Positions 17,625 to 26,532 of a stretch of DNA of 64,000 bases are shown here, in pieces. The notes beneath the pieces are model-generated. The model was not told where the DNA came from and searched no databases. It saw only the letters and a program-made list of their open reading frames with translations. Location of the stretch: the NCBI GenBank assembly GCA_036558745.1, contig DATBEZ010000006.1, positions 5,526 through 69,525 on the forward strand. The letters are read 5' to 3'. The stretch is from Acidimicrobiia bacterium. GTDB taxonomy: Bacteria; Actinomycetota; Acidimicrobiia; IMCC26256; JAMXLJ01. Each line of letters opens with the position of its first letter. Position 1 is the stretch's first letter. Both the position numbers and the translations under genes were made by a program.

Positions 17625-18746
17625 CTAGGCGGGCTCGGCCGCGAGCATCGCCCCGAGGGCGCGGAGCTGCGGCGTCTCGCTGCCGAGCGTGAGCTCGATC
17701 TGCTTCGCCCAGAGGAAGTAGCGGTGGAGCGGGTAGTCGCGGTCGACACCCATGCCGCCGTGCAGGTGCTGCGCCGCGTGCACGACGCGCTGGCCACCTT
17801 CGGACGCCCAGAACTTCGCCACCGCGACCTCGGAGGCGGCGGGCAGCCCCGCGTCGAGACGCCACACCGCCTGCCACGCGGTGAGCCGCACGGCCTCGGT
17901 GTCGATGTACGCGTCCGCGGCGCGCTGGCCGACGGCCTGGAACGTCGCGATGGGCCGCTCGAACTGCTCGCGCGTCTTCGTGTACTCGGCGGTCATGTGC
18001 AACGCCTGCTCGCACACGCCGATCGCGGTCGCGCAGAGACCCGCAGTCGCGCGCTGCACGATCCAGTCGAGGACGGCCGAACCGCTGGCGGGGTCGCCGA
18101 GCACCGCGTCGCCGCCGACCTTCACACCCGACAGCTCGAGGCGGGCCTCGGGAATGCCGCTGGTGGTGTCCTGGCGCTCGAGCGTCACGCCCTTCGTCTT
18201 GGCGTCGACGATGAACACGCCGACATTCCCGTCGCCCGTCGAGGCGGGGACGAGGATCGCGTCGGCGACGAGCCCGGCCGCCACCTCCTCCTTCACGCCG
18301 TCGAGCACCCACCCGTCGCCGTCACGCCGCGCCGTCGTCGTCGGGTGCAGCGCGTCGGTGCCGAACTCGGTGAGCGCGGCGGTGAGGACGGTCGAGCCGG
18401 ACGCGACGCCGGGCAGCCATTGCTTCTGCTGTGCGGCCGTCCCGAACTCGGCGATCGGCATCGCGCCCATCACGAGCGTCGCGAGGACGGGCACCATCGC
18501 GACGGTGCGGCCGACCTGCTCGAGCAGCAGCGCGGCGGCGAGGAAGCTCTGCCCCCCGCCGCCGATCGACTCGGGCAGCGTGATGCCGAGGAGCCCCGCG
18601 TTCGCGAGCTCCTGCCAGAGCTTGCGGTCGAAGCGCTCGTCGCCGGCCTCGAGCTCCTTCAGGCGCTCGTGGGTGACCTGCCCCTCGAGGATCTGCTTCG
18701 CCAGATCGCGAACGGCCTCTTGCTCTTCGGAGAACGAGAAGTCCAT
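17625..18746 (-). CDS. acyl-CoA dehydrogenase (second gene of an adjacent ACAD pair)
   Basis: 373 aa with MDFSFSEEQEAVRDLAKQILE...EQFERPIATFQAVGQRAADAYIDTEA...HGGMGVDRDYPLHRYF. Confidence 0.9.
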   Translation of the reverse strand: MDFSFSEEQEAVRDLAKQILEGQVTHERLKELEAGDERFDRKLWQELANAGLLGITLPESIGGGGQSFLAAALLLEQVGRTVAMVPVLATLVMGAMPIAEFGTAAQQKQWLPGVASGSTVLTAALTEFGTDALHPTTTARRDGDGWVLDGVKEEVAAGLVADAILVPASTGDGNVGVFIVDAKTKGVTLERQDTTSGIPEARLELSGVKVGGDAVLGDPASGSAVLDWIVQRATAGLCATAIGVCEQALHMTAEYTKTREQFERPIATFQAVGQRAADAYIDTEAVRLTAWQAVWRLDAGLPAASEVAVAKFWASEGGQRVVHAAQHLHGGMGVDRDYPLHRYFLWAKQIELTLGSETPQLRALGAMLAAEPA

Positions 18747-18755
18747 GCCTACTCC

Positions 18756-19931
18756 CTACCGCGCGGCCATCGGCATGCCGAGGCCGAACACCGAGATGAG
18801 GTCGCGCTGGACCTCGTTCACACCGCCGCCGAACGTCAGGATGATCAGGCTCCGGTAGTTGCGTTCCAGGCGGCTCTTCAACGTCGAGCCCGTCGCGCCC
18901 TCCGTGAGGTACGAGCGCGGCCCGATGATCTCCATGAGGAGCCGGAACGCCTCCAGGTAGAACTCGGTACCGAACACCTTGATCGACGAGGCGGCCGCGA
19001 CGTCGAGCTCACCGCGCGTCGCCTGCCACGCGACCTGCCAGTTGGCCAGGCGCAGGAACTCGAGCTTCGCGTGCACACGTGCGAGGTGGATCTGCACCCA
19101 CTCCTGGTCGATGACACGCCGTCCGTCGGCCAGCTTCGTGTTCTGCGCCCACTCGCGCACGTCGTCGAGGGAGCGCTCGATGATCCCCGACGAGCACAGG
19201 GTCACCCGCTCGCGGTTGAGCTGGCTCGTGATGAGGCCCCACCCGTTGTTCTCGCCGCCGACCAGCGCGGTCGCCGGTACGCGCACGTCCTCGTAGAACA
19301 CCTGGTTGATGTCGTGGTCGCCGAGCAGCTTCATCGGCGTGATCTTGATGCCGGGCGTGTCCATCGGGACGACGAACAGCGAGATGCCCTTGTGCTTCTT
19401 CACCTCGGGGTTGGTACGCACCGCGAGCCACACGTAGTCGGCGTCGCTCGCGAGGCTGGTGAAGATCTTCTGCCCGTTGATGATGTACTCGTCGCCGTCG
19501 CGCACGGCCTTGGTCTTGAGCGCAGCCAGGTCGGTGCCCGCGCCGGGCTCGGTGTAGCCGATGCAGAAGTGGATCTCGCCCTTCACGATCTTGGGCAGGA
19601 AGAAGTCCTTCTGCTCATCGGTGCCGAAGTGCATGAGCGTGGGCCCGACGGTGTTGATCGTGAGCATCGGGACGGGCGCGCCCGCGCGCATCGACTCGTC
19701 GAAGAACACGAACTGCTCGATCGCCGAGAAGCCGCGCCCGCCGTACTCCTTGGGCCAGCCGACACCGAGCCAGCCGTCCTCGCCCATCTGGCGGACGACC
19801 TTGCGCATCTCGGGCCCGACGCCGCCCGCGTGCGAGAGCTTCTCCTGCACCTCGGGCGTGAGGAGGTTCTGGTAGTAGGCGCGCAGCTCGTCACGCAGCG
19901 CCCGCTGGTCGTCGGTGTAGCCGATCTGCAT
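18756..19931 (-). CDS. acyl-CoA dehydrogenase (first gene of the pair)
   Basis: 391 aa with GWLGVGWPKEYGGRGFSAIEQFVFFDE and CIGYTEPGAGTDLAALKTKAVRDGDEYIINGQKIFTS. The C-terminus is FGGGVNEVQRDLI. Confidence 0.9.
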   Translation of the reverse strand: MQIGYTDDQRALRDELRAYYQNLLTPEVQEKLSHAGGVGPEMRKVVRQMGEDGWLGVGWPKEYGGRGFSAIEQFVFFDESMRAGAPVPMLTINTVGPTLMHFGTDEQKDFFLPKIVKGEIHFCIGYTEPGAGTDLAALKTKAVRDGDEYIINGQKIFTSLASDADYVWLAVRTNPEVKKHKGISLFVVPMDTPGIKITPMKLLGDHDINQVFYEDVRVPATALVGGENNGWGLITSQLNRERVTLCSSGIIERSLDDVREWAQNTKLADGRRVIDQEWVQIHLARVHAKLEFLRLANWQVAWQATRGELDVAAASSIKVFGTEFYLEAFRLLMEIIGPRSYLTEGATGSTLKSRLERNYRSLIILTFGGGVNEVQRDLISVFGLGMPMAAR

Positions 19932-20006
19932 GTCTCTCCTCCTCGGCGCACCGGTGGGTTGGTCATGTTAGGGACGGGCCGCTCGAAACGGCCAGTCTCG
20001 AGGGAA

Positions 20007-20771
20007 TCAGAGGCCGAGGCCCTCCAACACACCGGCGCGCATGCCGGCGGTGAAGCCGCCGTCGACGACGAGCGCGTGACCGGTCACGAAGCTCGAGTCG
20101 TCGGAGACGAGGAACAGTGCCGCGCCCGCGATCTCCTCGGGCCGGCCGAACCGGCCGAGCTTGTGCTCCTCGCGGTAGCGCTCGCGCACGGTGGTCATGC
20201 CGGGTGAGTCCATGACCGACCGGAAGAGCGGCGTGTCGATGAAGCCGGGGCAGATGCAGTTCACACGCACGCCGCGGCGGCCGTAGTCGATGGCCATGTT
20301 CTTGGTGAAGATCACGACCGCGCCCTTCGACGCGTTGTAGGAGCTGCCGCCCTCCGTCCCCTCGATCCCCTCGATGCTCGCGACGTTCACGATGCTGCCC
20401 GAGCCCTGCTCCATCATCGGGACGACCGCGTGCTTGCAGACGAGGAACGTCCCCGTGAGGTTCACGCGCAGCACGCGCTCCCAGTCGTCGAGCGGGACGA
20501 GGTGCGCCGGACCTCCGCCGGCGACGCCGGCCGAGTTCACCACCGCGTCGAGCCGGCCGTGGTCGCGCACGATCGAGGGGACGAGCGCGGAGACGCCGTC
20601 CTCGTCGGTGACGTCGAGGCGGTCGAAGCGGGCTCCGGGCCAGTCGCTCGGATCCTGCAGGTCGACGCCGACGACCGTCGCGCCCTCGTCTGCGAAGCGC
20701 TGGACGCATGCGAGTCCCAACCCGGACGCCGCCCCGGTGACGAGCACGACCCGACCGTCGATCCGGCCCAT
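20007..20771 (-). CDS. SDR family oxidoreductase
   Basis: GRVVLVTGAASGLGLA, NSAGV, YNASKGAV (YxxxK). Confidence 0.9.
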   Translation of the reverse strand: MGRIDGRVVLVTGAASGLGLACVQRFADEGATVVGVDLQDPSDWPGARFDRLDVTDEDGVSALVPSIVRDHGRLDAVVNSAGVAGGGPAHLVPLDDWERVLRVNLTGTFLVCKHAVVPMMEQGSGSIVNVASIEGIEGTEGGSSYNASKGAVVIFTKNMAIDYGRRGVRVNCICPGFIDTPLFRSVMDSPGMTTVRERYREEHKLGRFGRPEEIAGAALFLVSDDSSFVTGHALVVDGGFTAGMRAGVLEGLGL

Positions 20772-20818
20772 GGACTACCCCCTGGTGCGACACCGTCGTT
20801 GGGCCGCGTATGCTGGAT

Positions 20819-20832
20819 TGAAACGTGTTCTA
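20819..20832. promoter_or_regulatory. perfect KstR-type operator TGAAACGTGTTCTA (TnnAACnnGTTnnA)
   Basis: Read directly. It is centred in the 107-bp divergent region between SDR 20007..20771(-) and LLM 20879..21985(+), about 47 nt from each start codon. Confidence 0.6.
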
Positions 20833-20878
20833 GCGTCAAGGGTCCGGGCCACCGGGCCGGATCAGGGGGCCGCCCGCG

Positions 20879-21985
20879 ATGGCCATGAAGTTCGCGCTCT
20901 TCTACGAGATCCCGGTCGCCCGCCCCTGGGACGAGGAGAGCGAGCACCGGGCGTACAAGGACACGCTCGAGCAGGCGATCCTGGGCGACAAGGTCGGGTT
21001 CCACTCCTTCTGGACCGTCGAGCACCACTTCCTCGAGGAGTACTCGCACTGCTCGAACCCGGAGGTGCTCTACGGCGCGATCGCGGCCCGCACCGAGCGC
21101 ATCCGCCTCGGCTACGGCGTGCGCCTGCTGCCGAAGCCCTACAACCACCCGATCCGCAGCGCGGAGTCGGTCGCGGTGCTGGACCTGATCTCCGACGGAC
21201 GGGTGGAGTTCGGGACCGGTCGCTCCTCGACGCGCGCGGAGCTCGAGGGCTTCGACGTGTCGCCGCACGAGACACGCGCGATGTGGAGTGAGGCGCTGCG
21301 TCACATCGTGAGCGCGTGGACCGAGGAGGAGTACCAGGCCGACGGGAAGTACTGGCGCATGGGCGGACCGCGCCGCGTGCAGCCCAAGCCGCTGCAGAAG
21401 CCGCACCCGCCGATGTGGGGCGCGACGAGCAGCCCCGACGGGCATCGCGAGATCGGCAGGCACGGCCTCGGCCTGTGCTCGTTCACGGTCGGCGTGCCGC
21501 CCGAAGAGCTGACGGAACGCATCGCGCTGTACCGCCAGGGTCTGTCCGAGTGCACCGAGCCGGTCGGCAAGTTCGTCAACGACCAGGCCGCGACCTTCAC
21601 GATGGTGCACTGCGCGCCGACGAAGGAGGAGGCGTACGAGGACGCGGCCGAGAGCTTCGTCTGGTACGTGCGGCGCGGCTCGTGGCTCATCGGGTCGGTC
21701 GCCGAATGGCTCGAAGGCACCGACCTCGGCACCTACAGCTACGCCGCCGCGCCGCTGGAGCACCACCGCGCCGGCGCGCTCGACCACCTCAACTTCGACT
21801 ACATCCACGAGTCGGGCGCGTCCGTCGTCGGCGACCCCGACGAGTGCATCGAGACGGCCAAGCGCTACGAGGCCGCGGGCTGCGACCTGCTGCTCTGCCT
21901 CGTCAACCCGTACAAGATCCCGCACGAGAAGGTGATGCAGTCCATCGAGCTCATGGGGAACCACGTCATCCCCGCGTTCTCGTAG
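20879..21985 (+). CDS. LLM-class (luciferase-like) flavin/F420-dependent oxidoreductase
   Basis: MAMKFALFYEIP...GFHSFWTVEHHFLEEYSHCSNPEVLYGAIAARTERIRLGYGV...DLISDGRVEFGTGRS. Confidence 0.85.
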   Translation: MAMKFALFYEIPVARPWDEESEHRAYKDTLEQAILGDKVGFHSFWTVEHHFLEEYSHCSNPEVLYGAIAARTERIRLGYGVRLLPKPYNHPIRSAESVAVLDLISDGRVEFGTGRSSTRAELEGFDVSPHETRAMWSEALRHIVSAWTEEEYQADGKYWRMGGPRRVQPKPLQKPHPPMWGATSSPDGHREIGRHGLGLCSFTVGVPPEELTERIALYRQGLSECTEPVGKFVNDQAATFTMVHCAPTKEEAYEDAAESFVWYVRRGSWLIGSVAEWLEGTDLGTYSYAAAPLEHHRAGALDHLNFDYIHESGASVVGDPDECIETAKRYEAAGCDLLLCLVNPYKIPHEKVMQSIELMGNHVIPAFS

Positions 21986-22035
21986 CGACACACGCGACCG
22001 TCCCCCCGGCCGCCGAACCGAGGAGTTCTCCCCAC

Positions 22036-23250
22036 ATGCAGCTCAGCGACGTCAACCTCATCGACCGCGACCGCTACGTCTCGTCGGTGCCCTACGAGAT
22101 GTTCGACACCTTGCGGCACGAGTCGCCGATCTTCTGGCACGAGGAGGACGAGCCGGGCGGTCACGGGTTCTGGGCCGTCACGCGCTATCCCGACGTGGTC
22201 GAGGTGAACCGCGACATCGACCGCTTCTCGTCGGCCCGCCGCTCCGCGCTCATCACCGAGCTCGCCGACGTCGACCTCGAGCAGCAGCGGATGATGATGC
22301 TCAACATGGACCCGCCGATGCACACGCGCTACCGGCTGCTGGTCAACAAGGGGTTCACGCCGCGCATGGTCGCGAAGCTCGAGGAGCAGATGCGCGAGCG
22401 CACGGCACGGCTCATCGACGACGTGGCCGCAAAGGGCCGATGCGACTTCGTCACCGACGTCGCGGCCGAGCTCCCGCTGCAGGTCATCGCCGACATCATG
22501 GGCGTCCCGCAAGAGGACCGCCACAAGATGTTCGACTGGAGCAACCGGATGGTCGGCTCCGAGGACCCCGAGTACCAGATCTCCGAGGAAGCGCCGCAGA
22601 TGGCGGCCATGGAGCTCTTCACGTACGCACACGGCCTGCTCGACCAGAAGCGGGCGAACCCGCACGACGACATCATGACCGTGCTGACCCAGGTCGAGGT
22701 CAACGGCGACCGACTCAGCGAGCTCGAGCTCGACATGTTCTTCATGTTGCTCGCGGTCGCGGGCAACGAGACGACGCGCAACCTGATCGCGCACGGCATG
22801 CTCGCGCTCATCGAGCACCCGGATCAGATGAAGAAGCTGCGCGCGGACCGCTCGCTCATGCCGAGCGCGGTCGACGAGATGCTGCGCTGGGGTACGCCGG
22901 TCATGCACTTCCGCCGTACCGCGACGTGCGACACGACGATCGGCAACCACCCGGTCAAGGAGAATGACAAGGTCGTCATCTGGTACATCTCCGCGAACCG
23001 CGACGAGGCGATCTTCGACGATCCCTACACGTTCGACATCACCCGCAGCCCGAACGAGCACGTCGCCTTCGGCGGTGGCGGGCCGCACTTCTGCCTCGGC
23101 GCGAACCTCGCCCGTCTGGAGATCCGCGTGATGTTCGACGCGATCCTCGACCGCCTGGACGACATCGAGCTCGACGGCGACCCGAAGCGGCTGCGCTCGA
23201 ACTTCATCAACGGGATCAAGCACCTCCCGATCAGCTTCGCCGCGAAGTAG
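22036..23250 (+). CDS. cytochrome P450, CYP124/CYP125-like (terminal sterol/lipid hydroxylase type)
   Basis: ATG 22036 follows AGGAG. I-helix LLAVAGNETTRN, ExxR (EMLRW), heme loop FGGGGPHFCLGANLARLE and C-terminal RSNFINGIKHLPISF. Confidence 0.9.
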   Translation: MQLSDVNLIDRDRYVSSVPYEMFDTLRHESPIFWHEEDEPGGHGFWAVTRYPDVVEVNRDIDRFSSARRSALITELADVDLEQQRMMMLNMDPPMHTRYRLLVNKGFTPRMVAKLEEQMRERTARLIDDVAAKGRCDFVTDVAAELPLQVIADIMGVPQEDRHKMFDWSNRMVGSEDPEYQISEEAPQMAAMELFTYAHGLLDQKRANPHDDIMTVLTQVEVNGDRLSELELDMFFMLLAVAGNETTRNLIAHGMLALIEHPDQMKKLRADRSLMPSAVDEMLRWGTPVMHFRRTATCDTTIGNHPVKENDKVVIWYISANRDEAIFDDPYTFDITRSPNEHVAFGGGGPHFCLGANLARLEIRVMFDAILDRLDDIELDGDPKRLRSNFINGIKHLPISFAAK

Positions 23251-23255
23251 CCGCC

Positions 23256-24167
23256 ATGGACACGCAACCGCGGCTCGGCAATTGGGGGCGGTGGGGCGAC
23301 GAGGACGAGCGCGGGACGCTGAACCTCATCACGCCCGACGTCGTGCGCGCCGCCACGCAGACGGTCACGACCGGGAAGACCTACAGCCTCGCCCTGCCGA
23401 TCCAGCGCCAGGGCGTGCCGATCCTGGATTACCGCGGCGCGCCGATGCGGCTCGCGCTGACACACCAGAGCGATGTCGGGATGTTCGAGGCGTACGGCGC
23501 GCCCGACCACGTCGGCGCCAACGAGGACGTCATCGTCCTCGCGTCGCACAACGAGACCCACATGGACGCGCTGTGCCACGTGTTCTCCGAGCGCCGCCTC
23601 TACAACGGCTTCCCGGCCGAGTCGGTGAGCGCGGCAGCGGGGGCGACGAAGCTCGGGATCGACAAGGTCCGCTCGATCGTCGGGCGTGCGGTGCTGCTCG
23701 ACATGCCCGGCTTCCTGGGCGTGGAGCGGATCGAAGCCCCGCACATCTTCACGGGCGAGGAGCTCCTCGCGTGCGCGCGTGACGAAGGCGTCGAGATCCG
23801 CGCCGGCGACATCCTGCTCGTGCGGACGGGTTGGATCGACGCGTTCCTGGAGGCGGCCGGCGCCGGCGGTGACGACGCGCTGCTCATGCAGCCGGGCATC
23901 GGTCTCGACGCGGCCCGGACCATCGCAGAGCTCGACGTCGCCGCGATCGGGTGCGACAACAGCGCGGTCGAGGCGATCCCCTTCGACGAGAACCGCTTCC
24001 TCTGCGTGCACATCGAGCTGCTCGTGAAGCTCGGCCTTCCGCTGATCGAGCACCTGATGCTGGCCGAGATGGCCGCCGACCGGTGCTACGAGTCGCTCTT
24101 CGTCGCCGCCCCACTGCCGGTCGTCGGGGGTACCGGGAGCCCGGTCAATCCCACTGCGATCGGCTGA
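23256..24167 (+). CDS. cyclase-family protein (PF04199, kynurenine-formamidase fold)
   Basis: NWGRWGDEDERGTLNLIT...HNETHMDALCH...GDILLVRTGW. Paralog of 46326..47252. Confidence 0.8.
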   Translation: MDTQPRLGNWGRWGDEDERGTLNLITPDVVRAATQTVTTGKTYSLALPIQRQGVPILDYRGAPMRLALTHQSDVGMFEAYGAPDHVGANEDVIVLASHNETHMDALCHVFSERRLYNGFPAESVSAAAGATKLGIDKVRSIVGRAVLLDMPGFLGVERIEAPHIFTGEELLACARDEGVEIRAGDILLVRTGWIDAFLEAAGAGGDDALLMQPGIGLDAARTIAELDVAAIGCDNSAVEAIPFDENRFLCVHIELLVKLGLPLIEHLMLAEMAADRCYESLFVAAPLPVVGGTGSPVNPTAIG

Positions 24168-24180
24168 GCGCGCCCGACGC

Positions 24181-24669
24181 GTCACCCTCGGCGCGGACGA
24201 CCTCCAGTTCACCCAAGTCGTGGTCTCGTGCGTCGAGGCGGCGTTCCAGCATCCGGGCGAGTACGTCGCGAGCAACCCGGGCCCGGTGGTCCAGCAGGAC
24301 GTGCTCGTCACAAGACGCCGTTCATCGTGTTCACGAACTCCTACGACCCGTTGCCCGCCGCGCGGTGCCGACACGTCGTTGCCGGCCTGTCCCGACGCGG
24401 CCGGTCTCTCGAGCGCGCAGCTCGCGTTCCTGCGGGGCCTGCTCGACCAGCTCGACGCGACCATCCAGCACGCGCTGCGCACGGAGCCGGGCGTCCGGGT
24501 CGCCGAGCTGCGCCACGCGTTCGACGGCCACCAGTGGTGCAGCCCCGACCCGTGGGCGTACGGACCGTCGGTGCTGCTCCAGAACCGCGCGAGTCGGGCA
24601 CCTTTCCACCCCACGGTCCGCGGCCAGCAGGTCATCGCCGCCGACGTCCTGAGGAAGTTCAACGACTGA
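24181..24669 (+). pseudogene. SGNH/GDSL hydrolase remnant (lacks block I, apparently frameshifted)
   Basis: VTLGADDLQF (block II-like) starts right after the cyclase stop with no GDS block before it. The plausible continuation KTPFIVFTNSYDPLPAA is in a different frame (ORF 24228..). The C-terminus DGHQWCSPDPWAYG...FHPTVRGQQVIA (block V-like) is back in the first frame. Confidence 0.45.
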
Positions 24670-24689
24670 GCTCGCCGACGGGCCGCGCG

Positions 24690-25214
24690 TCAGGCCGCGC
24701 CCGAGCGCTGCGCGAGCCGCTCGAGCGCGCGGCGACGCGAACGGCGCCGACGCGCGCGGCGGCGCGGCCCGCGCGTGCCGTACGCGGCCGCGGCCGCGAT
24801 CAGCGCGGCACCCGCGGCCCCGAGCGCCCACGTCGCGTCGTCTCCGCTCCCGCCGCCCGCTCCTCCCGTCGATCCCGCACCCCCGGACGCGCGGCCCGAC
24901 GGGCCGGCGGCCGCGCGACCGGGCGGGGACGACGGCCCGCGCGCGGGCCCGGTGGTCGCCGACCCGACCGGTCCCGCCGCGGGACCGCTCGCGCCCGTGA
25001 CCGCGGCCGACGTCGTGCCCGTGGCCCGTGACGACGCGACCCGCCCGCCCTGCGGGGCCGCGAGCGCGGTCACGACGGTCGGCTGCGGGGAGCCGTCGGG
25101 ATAGATCGCCCGTCGCGTGATCAGCGTGCACCCCGACGCGCTCGACGTCGCCAACACGCAGCACAGCAGCGCCACCCGCCGCCAGAACCGCCGGACCGTT
25201 GGAGCCCCGTGCAT
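24690..25214 (-). CDS. putative lipoprotein with Gly/Ala/Ser/Pro-rich region, C-terminal TM helix and poly-Arg tail
   Basis: Signal peptide plus lipobox (RRVALLCCVLATSSASGC). C-terminus WALGAAGAALIAAAAAY followed by RGPRRRARRRRSRRR. Confidence 0.5.
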   Translation of the reverse strand: MHGAPTVRRFWRRVALLCCVLATSSASGCTLITRRAIYPDGSPQPTVVTALAAPQGGRVASSRATGTTSAAVTGASGPAAGPVGSATTGPARGPSSPPGRAAAGPSGRASGGAGSTGGAGGGSGDDATWALGAAGAALIAAAAAYGTRGPRRRARRRRSRRRALERLAQRSGAA

Positions 25215-25373
25215 CCCCGCCCCCGCACACCGCTCCCGTGCCCGCCGCGTTCGCCCGCGAGCATCGGAAGACGACCTGTTGGAGAGGGTAGGGAGCTTTG
25301 GTCCGCTTTAGCTACCGATCGCGGCAATTTTGCGGGGCAACTGCCGGACCTGGCGCCGTGACGGCCTCCGCCC

Positions 25374-25634
25374 TCATGCCGGCCAGGTGCCGGTCGCCCG
25401 CTCGAACCCCTTGGCCCCGGCCCGGTCGACCGCGGCCTTCACGAGGCCGAAGACCGCGCCCTGCAGCGCCGCAGCCGGGAGGACCTCGCCCCAGCTGCGT
25501 TCCCGATCCGTCGGATCCGGCGCGTCGTCACTGTGCGCCACGAGCTTCCACACCTGCTTGAACGCGACGCCCGCGAGCGTCGCACCGAGCAGGCTCACGA
25601 GCAGCCCCAGCGGCTTGTACAGGACCTTGGCCAT
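25374..25634 (-). CDS. DUF4235 domain protein
   Basis: Internal ATG 25634 gives MAKVLYKPLGLLVSLLGATLAGVAFKQVWKLV. It has an ATGA overlap with the upstream gene stop. Confidence 0.7.
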   Translation of the reverse strand: MAKVLYKPLGLLVSLLGATLAGVAFKQVWKLVAHSDDAPDPTDRERSWGEVLPAAALQGAVFGLVKAAVDRAGAKGFERATGTWPA

Positions 25635-25948
25635 CAGCGTCGCCGTCCCAGCCGCCGTCCGATGAGCAGACCGAGCAGGAACACGCCCGCGACCACCAGC
25701 GGCAGCGGCCGTTCCTGCACCCGGTGCGCGACCGCAGCAGCCCGCGATTGGGCCTGCTCGGGCGTGACGTCGCGCAACGTGTCGCGCACCTCGCCCGCCT
25801 TCTGCTGGATCTGCTCCGCGTTTCTCGACACGGTCTCCTTGACGCGGCCCTTGACGTCCGCCTTGTGGGCGAGCGCCTCCACCGTGTCCGCGAGCTCGTC
25901 GCGGTCGCGGGCTATCGCGTCGTGGACGTCGCGTGTGTCTTGATCCAC
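25634..25948 (-). CDS. DUF3618 domain protein (C-terminal TM anchor)
   Basis: GTG 25948 is preceded by GGAGGA. It reads VDQDTRDVHDAIARDRDELADTVEALAHKADVKGRVKE...PLPLVVAGVFLLGLLIGRRL. These are the last 104 codons of the spurious long ORF 25634..27946. Confidence 0.65.
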   Translation of the reverse strand: MDQDTRDVHDAIARDRDELADTVEALAHKADVKGRVKETVSRNAEQIQQKAGEVRDTLRDVTPEQAQSRAAAVAHRVQERPLPLVVAGVFLLGLLIGRRLGRRR

Positions 25949-26376
25949 TCGACATCCTCCTTCGTGCTCTCGACGGCCTCGGTCGGGACCGGCGGCGTCG
26001 CGCGTGCGACCTCGGCCCGCCCCATCGCCGCGGCGATCCCGGCCGCCAGCAGATATGCGACTCCGACGATCAACGCCGCGACCCAAACCGGTGTCGCGAC
26101 CGCGATCGCCGCGATCACGCACGCGGTCAGACACCCGACCGCGAACAGCGCGAGCACACCGGCCGCGCCGAAGATGCCGGCGCCCAAGCCCGCGCGCTTC
26201 CCCTTCTCGGTCATCTCCGCCTTTGCCAGCGCGAGCTCGTCGTGCATGAGCGCGCTGATCTGACGCACGAGATCGCTCGTCAGCTCGGCGGTGCTCTTGT
26301 CGGGCGCCGCCGTGCTGTTCGTCGCGTCGGCCTGCCCGCCAGCCGTCGCGTCGTGACGGATGTCCGCGGTCGCCAT
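25912..26376 (-). CDS. phage-holin-family / Holin-X type small membrane protein
   Basis: ATG 26376 is preceded by GGGAGG. It reads LVRQISALMHDELALAKAEMTEKGKRAGLGAGIFGAAGVLALFAVGCL, then a second TM segment. Confidence 0.65.
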   Translation of the reverse strand: MATADIRHDATAGGQADATNSTAAPDKSTAELTSDLVRQISALMHDELALAKAEMTEKGKRAGLGAGIFGAAGVLALFAVGCLTACVIAAIAVATPVWVAALIVGVAYLLAAGIAAAMGRAEVARATPPVPTEAVESTKEDVEWIKTHATSTTR

Positions 26377-26532
26377 GTTCACCTCCCGGCACTCGGTCCG
26401 ACAGAGCCCGTGCCGCACCAGCGGCCTCCCGAACCGGATACCCGAATCGGCGGAGCAGGAAACGACGGCGCCACGTGACCAGCCACGCCACGCGTTGACC
26501 GAAACGTGCGGCGGCGAGGCCACTCGCACGCG

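Noticed and set aside
25912-26376. Phage-holin-family gene as evidence for a prophage
   Set aside because: No integrase, terminase, capsid, tail or endolysin genes are nearby. Its neighbours are DUF3618/DUF4235 membrane proteins, not phage genes.
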